A stretch of 57,767 nucleotides of DNA, taken from assembly GCA_964404795.1 (NCBI GenBank), contig CAYOLI010000005.1, forward strand, positions 1 through 57,767, read 5' to 3'. Source of the DNA: an uncultured Candidatus Saccharibacteria bacterium (GTDB lineage: Bacteria; Patescibacteriota; Saccharimonadia; Saccharimonadales; 2-12-FULL-41-12). Below the pieces are notes generated by a model, which saw nothing but the letters and a program-made list of their open reading frames with translations, did not search any database and had not been told where the DNA came from. A program made the translations under genes and the position numbers. Shown in pieces: positions 47,420-56,656 of this stretch. The number at the start of each line of letters is the position of its first letter. Within the stretch, counting starts at the first letter, position 1.

Positions 47420-49912
47420 TCAAATACGCTCTGCCGAGATACGCTCACCTATATCCTGAACAAACTGCTCTAGCATGCTGCTGACCTGCTTGGAAGTTAA
47501 GGTTCGCTCAAAACTTACTAACTTTATACGAAATGTAATCTGCTGATGTTTAACATCTTTTTTTGGCTGATATATATCGATAGGGGTTAGTGTGTAGATT
47601 ACATCGTCTGGCTTGCTAGCAATAATAGATTCATTAACTCCCGCCCAGAAATCTTGAAAAGATAGGTTCGATGCAACTCTCAAACAAACATCTTGCTGGG
47701 TGGCTGGGTACCTGCTCAGCGGTTGATATTCATTTTGTATTTTTGCTGATGTAAATATAGGCAAAAATAACTCAAATCCACTACAATTAGTTGGCAGTTT
47801 AAAGTTGGATGTCACTTTTTGAGCAAACTCACCAATAACTCCTACCAATTCTTGGTCTTTATAGATCATTACCGACCTATCCACGTCGTACGGCTTAATT
47901 AGCTGAAGCATCATACTGTCCAGCGAATTAACATCAACTCGCTCTAATCTGGGGCTATTTACACCAAAGGAAGCTAGCAATTCAAGAGCATACAACTTAG
48001 AGACATAATATGCGGGCTGAGAAGTATTTTGCTTGCAAGCGTATACAAAGCCAACGCGTTCTGACTCAATTGGCAAGCCATCATTCATCTGACTCTTTAA
48101 ATGAACTTTTCCAATCTCAAATAGAGCGAACTCTTCATTACCAAATTTTATATTAGGATGAACTAGCGACAACAGACCAGGGGTCAAGCTAAGTCGATAT
48201 CTCTGTAAATTAGGGCTAAGCGCATTAACTATCTGAAATGCTTCATTTTCGTCTTGGTCAACTTTAGATAACTGTTTGTCGCTTACAAATGAGTAATTTA
48301 AAACTTCATTTGCACCCATTCTTGCCAGTCGATGACGCAACGCTTGTTTTGTCCTTAGCCCTACATCTTGATTGGTTGGGTTCATCGTTCTTTTCGGTAA
48401 ACTAAGCAAAATATTATCGTACCCATACAAACGCCCTACTTCCTCTACAATATCTTCTGCAATCTCGATATCTGTTCTCCAAAATGGTGATATTACTTTT
48501 ATAGATTCGGGATTATCAGATACTTTCTCGACCAAAAATTCAACGTTTTGTAATAAATTGATTATCTTATCACTATCCAAATCGGCGATGCCTAGCTTAT
48601 TTCTAATTATGTCTATACTCACCTCGACAGATTTTGGTTTTTCACCTCTGGTAGCACTCACATCGACTACGTTACTGACTTGATGCCCTCCAGCAAATTG
48701 TCGAATTAGGTTAATCCCTTCCGCTAAAATGCGATCGTTTTGATGCGGGCTTAAACCCTTCATAAACCGTGTAACCGCATCGGTAAACAGTCCGTGATGC
48801 ATACTGGTTCTGCGTATCGCAAGCATGTCAAAATTGGCACACTCTAATATGATATTTTTGGTCGAGGCGTCAACTTCGGTACTTTGCCCACCAATCACAC
48901 CTCCCAAACCAACTACATGCTCGCCAGCTGCAATTACGATATCATCCTCTTGAAGCTCCAGGTTTTTACCCCCTAAAGCAGTCATTTGTTCGCCCGATTT
49001 TGCTTTTCTTATTGTTAATTTTGGTGCCGTTCCTAATGCTTTTACTTTATCGAGATCATAAGCATGGAGTGGCTGCCCACTTAAATGCATCAAATAATTC
49101 GTAGCATCGACTACGTTATTAATTGGCTTAATACCTACCCTGGCTAGATAGCTCTGAATTTTAAGCGGACTTTTCTTGATCGTAACATCCGATATTGCAA
49201 CAGCCATAAACCGCTTGCACTCACTTGGTACTTGATTATCTATTTCGACCAATAACTCATTTGACTTCGAAAAGCTCGCAGGATTTTTATACCAATCGGG
49301 AGAAGTGAATTGATTATGCGAGATACCTGCAACTTCTCTTGCTACCCCTAAAATACCAAAGCAATCAGGACGATGAGTAAACATTTTATTTTCGATATCT
49401 ATTACTTGGTCATCTAAAGAATATACTTGCGAAAATAGCTGTCCTGACTCGACCTCTTCAACCTCGACTATTCCATCGTGGTCATTACCGATAGCCAATT
49501 CGGCCGCGCTTGCAAGCATACCGTTGCTTTTGACTCCTCTAATACTACGTACTTCTAAGAGGTATTCGTCTTTGGAATACGTGCTAGGTACGATCTCCCC
49601 TGGAGGGATCCAAATACCATACATACCTGAGCGTACATTTGGGGCACCACAAACAACCTGGATGTATCCTTTACTATCACGCTCAATATCTGAAACGCTA
49701 TTATTATCGTCAATCTTACAAACTGATAGCTTATCCGCATCCGAATGCTTTGAGCACTCAACAACCCGCACAACTCGGATACCCTGATACATCTTTGATA
49801 AATCAATAACTTCCTCAACAGCTCCTAATTGAGATCCAATTTTTTTCACTAGATCATCTGTTGATAATTTAATGTCTGTATACTCTTTTAACCAATTTAT
49901 GCTAACTCTCAT
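47420..49912 (-). CDS. pheT: phenylalanine--tRNA ligase beta subunit
   Basis: It has the PheT architecture: tRNA-binding OB, B3/4, B5, core and FDX-ACB domains. The N-terminus is MRVSINWLKEY. It overlaps the pheS stop by 1 nt. Confidence 0.92.
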   Translation of the reverse strand: MRVSINWLKEYTDIKLSTDDLVKKIGSQLGAVEEVIDLSKMYQGIRVVRVVECSKHSDADKLSVCKIDDNNSVSDIERDSKGYIQVVCGAPNVRSGMYGIWIPPGEIVPSTYSKDEYLLEVRSIRGVKSNGMLASAAELAIGNDHDGIVEVEEVESGQLFSQVYSLDDQVIDIENKMFTHRPDCFGILGVAREVAGISHNQFTSPDWYKNPASFSKSNELLVEIDNQVPSECKRFMAVAISDVTIKKSPLKIQSYLARVGIKPINNVVDATNYLMHLSGQPLHAYDLDKVKALGTAPKLTIRKAKSGEQMTALGGKNLELQEDDIVIAAGEHVVGLGGVIGGQSTEVDASTKNIILECANFDMLAIRRTSMHHGLFTDAVTRFMKGLSPHQNDRILAEGINLIRQFAGGHQVSNVVDVSATRGEKPKSVEVSIDIIRNKLGIADLDSDKIINLLQNVEFLVEKVSDNPESIKVISPFWRTDIEIAEDIVEEVGRLYGYDNILLSLPKRTMNPTNQDVGLRTKQALRHRLARMGANEVLNYSFVSDKQLSKVDQDENEAFQIVNALSPNLQRYRLSLTPGLLSLVHPNIKFGNEEFALFEIGKVHLKSQMNDGLPIESERVGFVYACKQNTSQPAYYVSKLYALELLASFGVNSPRLERVDVNSLDSMMLQLIKPYDVDRSVMIYKDQELVGVIGEFAQKVTSNFKLPTNCSGFELFLPIFTSAKIQNEYQPLSRYPATQQDVCLRVASNLSFQDFWAGVNESIIASKPDDVIYTLTPIDIYQPKKDVKHQQITFRIKLVSFERTLTSKQVSSMLEQFVQDIGERISAERI

Positions 49913-50931
49913 TACCTAAACTGCCTCAAAAAATCTAATCTACCACTATGAAAATGACGTATATCTTCAATGCCGTACTTCATCATTACTAGTCGCTCAA
50001 TTCCACCACCCCAAGCAAATCCTGTATATTTTTTTGAATCGATTCCAGCCATTTCAAGTACGTTAGGATGTATCATGCCACAACCAAGTAACTCTATCCA
50101 TCCGGTATAACTACAGATACTGCAACCTGCTTTTTTGCAAAATGGACAACTAAGTGCAAACTCAAAGCTTGGCTCCGTAAATGGGAAGTAAAACGGCTGA
50201 GTCATCACTTCGAGCTCTTGCTCGTAATATTCCTGCAAAAACGTTTTCAGCGTTGCAATTAGCATCCCCACATTAACACCTTTACCTACAAAAACTCCTT
50301 CGAACTGATGAAAGGTGTGCTCGTGTCTAGCATCGACGTCTTCATTCCTAAAAACTCGTCCCGGAATCACAAATGCGATGGGTTGACCATCATCCAGCAA
50401 GTGTTTATTGCCAGACAGCACACGATTTTGCATAGTACTAGTATGGGCAGGTGCGATCAACCCCTCTTCTGTAACAAAAGTGTCATAATCATCGCGCGCT
50501 GGATGATCATCTGGAAAGTTAAGCGCACTAAACATGTTAAACTCGTTGTCGATTTGGCGTGACTCGACAGATGAAAACCCCATTCGGGTGAAAATATCGA
50601 GGATTCTTTCTATTTCAGTAGAAAGTGGATGTATCGAGCCCCGCGTAGTGGGTAATAATTTCGGCCTATTTTCTGGACTTACGTTTACACCCCACGGTGC
50701 AGTCAAATCTATTGGCTCCTTCATAGTGTCTGCTTTTTTATTGTCAGCCAAAATTTGCTCTAGTTGTTTTTTTAGCCGATTAACCTCTTGGCCAAATGTA
50801 CGCCTTTCTTCTTCTGGCAGCATCTTTATCTGATCATACTGACTTTTAAGCTCGGCGCTTCTTAAAACTGAATAATCACCACTGCTGGCTCGTTTTTTTA
50901 GCTGTTCAACTATATTATTATCCAAACTCAT
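49912..50931 (-). CDS. pheS: phenylalanine--tRNA ligase alpha subunit
   Basis: It has class II motifs (HPL, FRNEDVDARHEHTFHQFEG and GFAWGGGIERL). Confidence 0.93.
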   Translation of the reverse strand: MSLDNNIVEQLKKRASSGDYSVLRSAELKSQYDQIKMLPEEERRTFGQEVNRLKKQLEQILADNKKADTMKEPIDLTAPWGVNVSPENRPKLLPTTRGSIHPLSTEIERILDIFTRMGFSSVESRQIDNEFNMFSALNFPDDHPARDDYDTFVTEEGLIAPAHTSTMQNRVLSGNKHLLDDGQPIAFVIPGRVFRNEDVDARHEHTFHQFEGVFVGKGVNVGMLIATLKTFLQEYYEQELEVMTQPFYFPFTEPSFEFALSCPFCKKAGCSICSYTGWIELLGCGMIHPNVLEMAGIDSKKYTGFAWGGGIERLVMMKYGIEDIRHFHSGRLDFLRQFR

Positions 50932-50997
50932 ATCGCTGTAACTATTGTAGCAAAAACCTGGATAACTTTATCTAGGACTATTATAATAGCCAACAAT

Positions 50998-51492
50998 ATG
51001 GCCCAATTTTCTTTTGATATTGTATCTGACTACGATCTTGCTAAGATCAATAATGTCGTTGAGCAATCGCAAAGGGATATTGCTAACCGATACGATTTCA
51101 AAAATACTTCTGCCAATTTAGAATTTGTTGAAGATAAAAAAGGTGTCAAGATTGCTGGCGATAATCAATTCCATCTCGACAGCATCATAGATATTCTTCG
51201 AAAACGATTAGCCAATTCTGGTGTTAATCAAAAAGTTTTGGATGTTTCTAGTGAGCCAACCACCTCTAATCTTAAAATGATTTGGACTATACCTTTTAAA
51301 AAAGGCCTAGATCAAGAAAAAGCCAAAAAAATTACCAAACTTATTAGAGATAACTTCCCCAAAGTCAAAACTCAGATACAAGGAGAAGAGGTGCGAGTGA
51401 GTAGCCCAAAAAAAGACGAACTCCAACAAGCCATGAATCTAGTCCGCGAAGCCAATTTTGACTTTCCGATTGATTTTACTAACTTTCGTTAA
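50998..51492 (+). CDS. yajQ: YajQ-family (UPF0234) nucleotide / cyclic-di-GMP-binding protein
   Basis: FSFDIVSDYDLAKINNVVEQSQRDIANRYDFK matches the YajQ N-terminal signature, and the length is typical at 164 aa. Confidence 0.85.
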   Translation: MAQFSFDIVSDYDLAKINNVVEQSQRDIANRYDFKNTSANLEFVEDKKGVKIAGDNQFHLDSIIDILRKRLANSGVNQKVLDVSSEPTTSNLKMIWTIPFKKGLDQEKAKKITKLIRDNFPKVKTQIQGEEVRVSSPKKDELQQAMNLVREANFDFPIDFTNFR

Positions 51493-51770
51493 CGTTGCTG
51501 TCCTTGCTGAATAGTTTCCCTAGTATTGTCCAGCAAAGGTCCGACTACTGGTATGGAATCAAATAAACTCAAAAACCAAATAATAATAGCAATTAGTACG
51601 GTTGCTCCAATAATACTACCTGCCCCAAAAAATAGCCCCCTAACAAAGTTTTCCCAGTGTAGCCGACGTAAGCTAATGTAATTGCTTGCAAACAAAACCT
51701 CTAGCGCTCTGGCTACCTGTTTCGGGTCTTTAATTATCGGGTCTTTTTTATCATTGTCACTCATTACCAC
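51489..51770 (-). CDS. small membrane protein (tentatively DUF5665-like)
   Basis: A hydrophilic N-terminus is followed by NFVRGLFFGAGSIIGATVLIAIIIWFL and a second hydrophobic segment. The family assignment is from memory and remains tentative. Confidence 0.5.
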   Translation of the reverse strand: MVMSDNDKKDPIIKDPKQVARALEVLFASNYISLRRLHWENFVRGLFFGAGSIIGATVLIAIIIWFLSLFDSIPVVGPLLDNTRETIQQGQQR

Positions 51771-51782
51771 AAATTATAACAG

Positions 51783-52823
51783 CTACTTTTCAATTAACGT
51801 TTTTTGCTTGTCATCAAGAAGCGACTGGTCCGAGATCTGATCGACAACCTTGGTTAGCTGGCGACTACGTGTACCCTCTACTTCAACATATGTCTTTTGT
51901 ACGGTTTCTATCTGTTTGCCAAGTTTTTCCATACTTTCTGCGTATTTTTCATATTCACTTTGAAACTTAGAAATTAGTGCAAAAATTTGTTGCAAGCCCT
52001 TTTCGTACTTAAAGTTTTTATGTGCCTGCAAAACAAGTCGCAGTACTGCCGTAAAGCCAAACGGACCAGCCAAAACAACCTTATTTTTATTGCAGTAGTC
52101 ATTAATATCTGGCAATTTTTCATAGATAAAGCTAAACACCATCTCGTTCGGTACAAATAAAACGACAAAATCCAGTGTATTTTCCTGTGGATTAATATAA
52201 TCTTTGGTTGTTACCTCTTTCACCTTATTTTTTACTGCGACAGAGAATTTAGCTAGAGCCGCCTTTTTGCCAGCTTCGGTTTTTGCTTCTTGGTATTCAA
52301 GCAAATTATCAAAAGGAAATTTGGCATCGACATTTAGCTTCGAATTATCTGGTAATAAAATTGTAAAATCGGGACGTCCTTGGCCCTGAGATTTTTGTTT
52401 AACAAAGTTAGTATTCTCAACAAACCCGGCCGCCAAGAGTAGATCCTCCGCTACCTGCTCACCCCAATCCCCACGCAAGCGGTTGTTAGATAGGATGTTT
52501 TTAAGACCTTCAGTAGAAATTTGCAACCCTTCAGTTATTTTTGTAGTTTGCGCCAATTGCTCTCTTATCGCGGCATTCTGCTCTTTCAAATTGCCAACTT
52601 CTTTCCGACTGTCGTCTAGTTGTTTTTCTAGATTTTTTGCAATCTGACTAAGCAGTTTTTGATTGTCGTCCAAGATGTTTTTTACACCAAGTTCTATCTC
52701 TTCTTTACTACCGCGGTTTTGCTCGCTGTTAAGCGTAGTCAATTTTAAAAGCAATTTATAACCAACACCAAAAACAATTGCTACTGCAACTACTAACGAT
52801 GCTATTACCCAAACGATTTCCAT
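51783..52823 (-). CDS. rmuC: DNA recombination protein RmuC
   Basis: An N-terminal TM helix and coiled coil are followed by a nuclease-like core (RGDWGEQVAEDLL, RPDF, DAKFP, VLFVPNE). Confidence 0.85.
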   Translation of the reverse strand: MEIVWVIASLVVAVAIVFGVGYKLLLKLTTLNSEQNRGSKEEIELGVKNILDDNQKLLSQIAKNLEKQLDDSRKEVGNLKEQNAAIREQLAQTTKITEGLQISTEGLKNILSNNRLRGDWGEQVAEDLLLAAGFVENTNFVKQKSQGQGRPDFTILLPDNSKLNVDAKFPFDNLLEYQEAKTEAGKKAALAKFSVAVKNKVKEVTTKDYINPQENTLDFVVLFVPNEMVFSFIYEKLPDINDYCNKNKVVLAGPFGFTAVLRLVLQAHKNFKYEKGLQQIFALISKFQSEYEKYAESMEKLGKQIETVQKTYVEVEGTRSRQLTKVVDQISDQSLLDDKQKTLIEK

Positions 52824-52840
52824 GACTATCTAATTGTACC

Positions 52841-53566
52841 CTAAAGCAGACGAGTCAGGCCAAACATAAATGCTGCCCCAACAATAGTCGCCATAATCGT
52901 TCTTTTTGAAGATCCCTTGCTGTGTGCTTGGGGCAAGATATCGCTGGCGCCGATATAAAGCAAAAACCCTGCAAAAAACCCCAAGTAGATAACCAGTACA
53001 TTCGTAGAAACTGTGATGAACTGAGTCAACAGAGCACCAATAATTGGAGCAATAGCAATAAAAATCAGTACCTTTTTTGCGAGCTGGGGCTTATTTTGGT
53101 GTTTAAGCATTAAGTTGACTCCGTTAAATCCATCGGCAAATCGATGCCCTATTACTGCAATTGCTACGGCTAGCCCAACCGAACTATTTACCTCAAAAGC
53201 TAAACCAATACTTATACCATCTAGCAAGCTATGCCCACTCAAGGCAACCGCACCCGCCACGCCAACGTGGGGATGAGAGTGAATAACGTATTCGCCCTCG
53301 TGCGAATTATGAATCAAAATAAATTTTTCTACGGTATGAAACAGCAAAAAACCACAAACTAACGCTATCATCGGCCACGACACGTCCATATCAAGCCGAT
53401 TTACCCCTTCAAATATCTCTGGCAAAAGGTCAAATGCTACCAACCCAACCAATGCGCCAGCAGTAAAACCAAGCATCGTCCCAAGTCGCTTGGTGTTAGA
53501 TAACGCCAAAAGACCACCCAATTCCGCAGCTATAGCGCTAAAAAATGCTAATATTACAGCAATCAT
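52841..53566 (-). CDS. ZIP-family divalent metal transporter (ZupT-like)
   Basis: It has multiple TM helices, a His-rich loop (HNSHEGEYVIHSHPH) and GHSLLDGISIG / GHRFADG motifs. Confidence 0.82.
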   Translation of the reverse strand: MIAVILAFFSAIAAELGGLLALSNTKRLGTMLGFTAGALVGLVAFDLLPEIFEGVNRLDMDVSWPMIALVCGFLLFHTVEKFILIHNSHEGEYVIHSHPHVGVAGAVALSGHSLLDGISIGLAFEVNSSVGLAVAIAVIGHRFADGFNGVNLMLKHQNKPQLAKKVLIFIAIAPIIGALLTQFITVSTNVLVIYLGFFAGFLLYIGASDILPQAHSKGSSKRTIMATIVGAAFMFGLTRLL

Positions 53567-53600
53567 ACTATTTATATCTTAAAGGTCTATTCGTTATTGT

Positions 53601-53640
53601 AAAAATAAAAATCAAGGACCCCAGGCCAAGCCCAGGGTCT
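53601..53640 (-). terminator. putative rho-independent terminator after the secreted coiled-coil gene
   Basis: On the minus strand, an interrupted GC-rich hairpin (GACCC..GGC-loop-GCC..GGGTC, 53616..53640) is followed by the T-rich tract TTGATTTTTATTTTT. Confidence 0.45.
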
Positions 53641-53699
53641 ATAGGAATCCTCACAATTCCTAAGTTTACTGTAATTGCTTTTGCTTTTTTAGACAACCC

Positions 53700-54479
53700 C
53701 TACCACTCAAGTTCGTGGGCATCTTTGCCAAAAGCATCTAAAATTCGTTGTTTAGCACTACTTAATCTATTTAAAAAGTCGTGGTTTATCTTATCGTATT
53801 CTTGTGCTCTTTGTCTTTCGATTTTTGTCCGTTTATCTTTGTTAAAAATTGTATCAATATTACTTTTGTACTTTGCGCTACTATCTTTTATTTGGCTTTT
53901 TAGTTGGTTTAAGCTCTCTGCCACCGAAGAGCCATTACTACACATCGACCGTGTATTTTCTATTGCCCGATCTACCGAAAAGACATAGTTATTAAATGCC
54001 ACATCGGCCTCTGACACTTGCGTGGCTGAAATTTTACTGGTTTCATTTTGGTAATTCTGCAATGAACTATCAAGCGCCAGACGGGCCTCGCTTAGAACCT
54101 GCGATACTTCTTTAAAGTATTCATCAACTGCCCTTTTTTGTTCGTCAGTTTTTGCATATTTTTTCATCTCAAGCTCACTCGTATCCTGACTTTTTTTCTG
54201 CATAACGCGCTGCTGATTCAAATCAACCGCCACTTTCTGACGCAGTTCAGCTGTCTTGCCAGCTGTGTCTGCTTTCTTGGCCTCAATTGCCTGACGTTTT
54301 TTATCAAGCATCGAGTGTAAACTAGCTGCGACCGTATCTATCTGAGAACAAGTACTACTGGTAGATGGCTGACCCCCCGTGACCTGCGTATTATCTAAAA
54401 TTGCAAAAACGGGTTGAGCAAAAATTAAACAAGACAGGGACAAAATCGCAATAAAGCTAAAAGTTTGTTTCATAGCCAT
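53700..54479 (-). CDS. secreted coiled-coil protein, function unknown
   Basis: A signal peptide (MAMKQTFSFIAILSLSCLIFAQPVFA) follows an internal Met. The rest is helical and rich in K, Q and E. The longer ORF-track start would overlap the upstream gene by 95 nt. Confidence 0.55.
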   Translation of the reverse strand: MAMKQTFSFIAILSLSCLIFAQPVFAILDNTQVTGGQPSTSSTCSQIDTVAASLHSMLDKKRQAIEAKKADTAGKTAELRQKVAVDLNQQRVMQKKSQDTSELEMKKYAKTDEQKRAVDEYFKEVSQVLSEARLALDSSLQNYQNETSKISATQVSEADVAFNNYVFSVDRAIENTRSMCSNGSSVAESLNQLKSQIKDSSAKYKSNIDTIFNKDKRTKIERQRAQEYDKINHDFLNRLSSAKQRILDAFGKDAHELEW

Positions 54480-54771
54480 CTCCTGCCGCCTTAAAAACCT
54501 GAGCTTCGGATTGTATGTTAGAAACCTCTTCGGTAGCGCCCTGATTAGCAAGCCCTTTCTCGATATTTATATCCGCCTGCAATCCTCTCTCATACTTTAC
54601 TAGTGGCCCTTGCTTTATTGCAGAACTTTGCTCGGTTTTGGTTTGACTTACTCTGTGTTCTTGCAGTAGAAATAACAAAAATATTAATAACCCAACTGCT
54701 ACCGAAGCCAGAACAATCTCGATTGGTCGATACTGTTTCAGCTTTTTCTTTATACGCTTTTTCATAACCAT
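54457..54771 (-). CDS. small single-pass membrane protein
   Basis: It has a basic N-terminus (KKRIKKKLKQYR) followed by a TM helix (IVLASVAVGLLIFLLFLL). Its start overlaps the corA stop. Confidence 0.5.
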   Translation of the reverse strand: MVMKKRIKKKLKQYRPIEIVLASVAVGLLIFLLFLLQEHRVSQTKTEQSSAIKQGPLVKYERGLQADINIEKGLANQGATEEVSNIQSEAQVFKAAGDGYETNF

Positions 54772-55688
54772 CTTCGTTTGTTAAATATACTAACTGCAAT
54801 TGCCACTATCAGCGAGATACAAAACACAATTATCCAAAACGCCATGGGGTTATGACTCATTGGTACGTCAACATTCATACCATAAAGCCCACTGATGGTC
54901 GTGGGGATTGCCAAAAAAATAGCAATAGAGGTCAAACGACGAAACGTCCTGTTCAAGCTACTGGTTGCAATCGCCTCATATGCCTGCCTCAAATTAATTA
55001 GCGTCCTTAATTTCGTCCGGCACTGCTCTATCAGCTCGTTAGTACCCAGATTGAGGTCTTCTACCAAGTCTCTATCATCCTCATACAAACGCATATACTT
55101 TCCACTTTCCAGAGCATGAATAACTAATGCTTGTTGTTGAAGTGCCGACAAAAATTCGCTCAAATCCTCTTCTAGTTCGATAAAACTCAAAAATTCTTTA
55201 GTACTAATCTCTGACTGGCGCATCTCTCGCCTTATTCTCAAGATATGTCTCGAAATAGCGGTTAATCGCACTCTGTATGAGCGGTTTATCTCCGATAAAA
55301 TCTGCAAAAACGTTTTAGTTTTTTGGGTGGTTATTACTTCGATTCGCTCCTCAATCATCAAATCAAAGAGAGGATCGCGGCTGCGCATAATGGTAATGAT
55401 ATTATTGTTGGTATAGATAATTAGCAGTGGCTCGGTAGAGGTATTTTGATCTCCTAGGTGCACAAACCTGGTAAAAACGTATGTTACGCCTTCATCTGTT
55501 TCAACACGTGGCGCCTCATACTGGTCGGTGGCATCTCTAAGTAACCCAATGTCCAAATCAAAATCTAGCGCCAATTGCTCTATCTCTTTATCGGTTGGCT
55601 CCACCACATGCACCCAGCTACCTACCTTTGCTTCATCGACAACTTTTAAGCTTCTAGCTCTGGCGGTACTATGATACACACTAATCAT
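54762..55688 (-). CDS. corA: CorA-family magnesium/cobalt transporter
   Basis: It has a C-terminal pair of TM helices with the YGMNV (GMN) signature, and an acidic N-terminal cytoplasmic domain. Confidence 0.9.
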   Translation of the reverse strand: MISVYHSTARARSLKVVDEAKVGSWVHVVEPTDKEIEQLALDFDLDIGLLRDATDQYEAPRVETDEGVTYVFTRFVHLGDQNTSTEPLLIIYTNNNIITIMRSRDPLFDLMIEERIEVITTQKTKTFLQILSEINRSYRVRLTAISRHILRIRREMRQSEISTKEFLSFIELEEDLSEFLSALQQQALVIHALESGKYMRLYEDDRDLVEDLNLGTNELIEQCRTKLRTLINLRQAYEAIATSSLNRTFRRLTSIAIFLAIPTTISGLYGMNVDVPMSHNPMAFWIIVFCISLIVAIAVSIFNKRRWL

Positions 55689-55693
55689 AAGAG

Positions 55694-56599
55694 TTATTGT
55701 ACCTTAATTGCCCCAAGTGGTTTTACTTTTTTCATGATATCTGCAAAAACCGTTTTTGCTAGGCGAAGCAAATGCGGGGTGACCCAGTAAGCGAGCAAGG
55801 CATAAATTATTCCAAAAATCGCGTCTATGGCATAATGCTCTCCCTGGTAAACCGTTCCCACCCAGATCAAGAATGGGTAAATCCAAGTCAAATATCGCCA
55901 CTTACTTTTAAACCACCTCGTAGCAAATAGCACAAATAACATTGCATAAGCAGCATGCAGTGAAGGCATCGCAGCTACTGGGTTGGGTGAAATATTGTTA
56001 TAAACACTCGGAAAATCGTGTACACCAAGTGCCGCCCAAACTTGGCTAGAAATCCTTACAATTGGCTCAATCAAACCCATATCGCTGGCCATCCAAGGCG
56101 GGGCTGCAGGAAAAATTAGATAAGTTAAAAATCCCATAAAGGAAACAACCACATAGGTGCTAATAAACCGCCAGTACAACCTATCTTTGACCCGCCAAAT
56201 TATAACTGCCAGCGCTAAAGGCATCACAAAATGCATCATATAAGCCAAATAAAAAGCAAAGTCATACCACCTAACAACCCCGTGCCACCACCAATTTTGT
56301 AAGGTCTTCGTTGGCAGATGGCCAAAAAATAAAAATTTGTCAGCTTTTGGCATAAATAAGTAATTAACATGCTCGTTGAGTTTGTCGGCAACACCTCTAA
56401 ACGACTCATATACCAAAAGAAGTCCCACAAATGGGACGAATCGTTTGGCAAGCTCAAGCGCCTGGCTAAAAATCATTGCCACACAAATGCCAAATACTAA
56501 TAATTTATCTGGGGTAGGAAAGCTTGGCTGGGCAATAAAAACTCCTAGGCAAGCCAAGGTTCCCAAAATACCTATCCCCACAAAGATTTTCTGCTTCAC
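55694..56599 (-). CDS. PAP2-superfamily membrane protein (Aur1/PAP2_3-like)
   Basis: It is polytopic, with the PSLHAAYA and GEHYAIDAI motifs of the PAP2/phosphoinositide-transferase-like clade. The start codon is GTG. Confidence 0.75.
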   Translation of the reverse strand: MKQKIFVGIGILGTLACLGVFIAQPSFPTPDKLLVFGICVAMIFSQALELAKRFVPFVGLLLVYESFRGVADKLNEHVNYLFMPKADKFLFFGHLPTKTLQNWWWHGVVRWYDFAFYLAYMMHFVMPLALAVIIWRVKDRLYWRFISTYVVVSFMGFLTYLIFPAAPPWMASDMGLIEPIVRISSQVWAALGVHDFPSVYNNISPNPVAAMPSLHAAYAMLFVLFATRWFKSKWRYLTWIYPFLIWVGTVYQGEHYAIDAIFGIIYALLAYWVTPHLLRLAKTVFADIMKKVKPLGAIKVQ

Positions 56600-56656
56600 T
56601 ACAGTATATTGTAATTCATACTTGATTATCTTTAATGGTTATGTTATAATATAGCC

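Noticed and set aside
55689-55693. M-box or another Mg2+ riboswitch upstream of corA.
   Set aside because: Only 5 bp separate corA from the preceding PAP2 gene, so no leader can exist.
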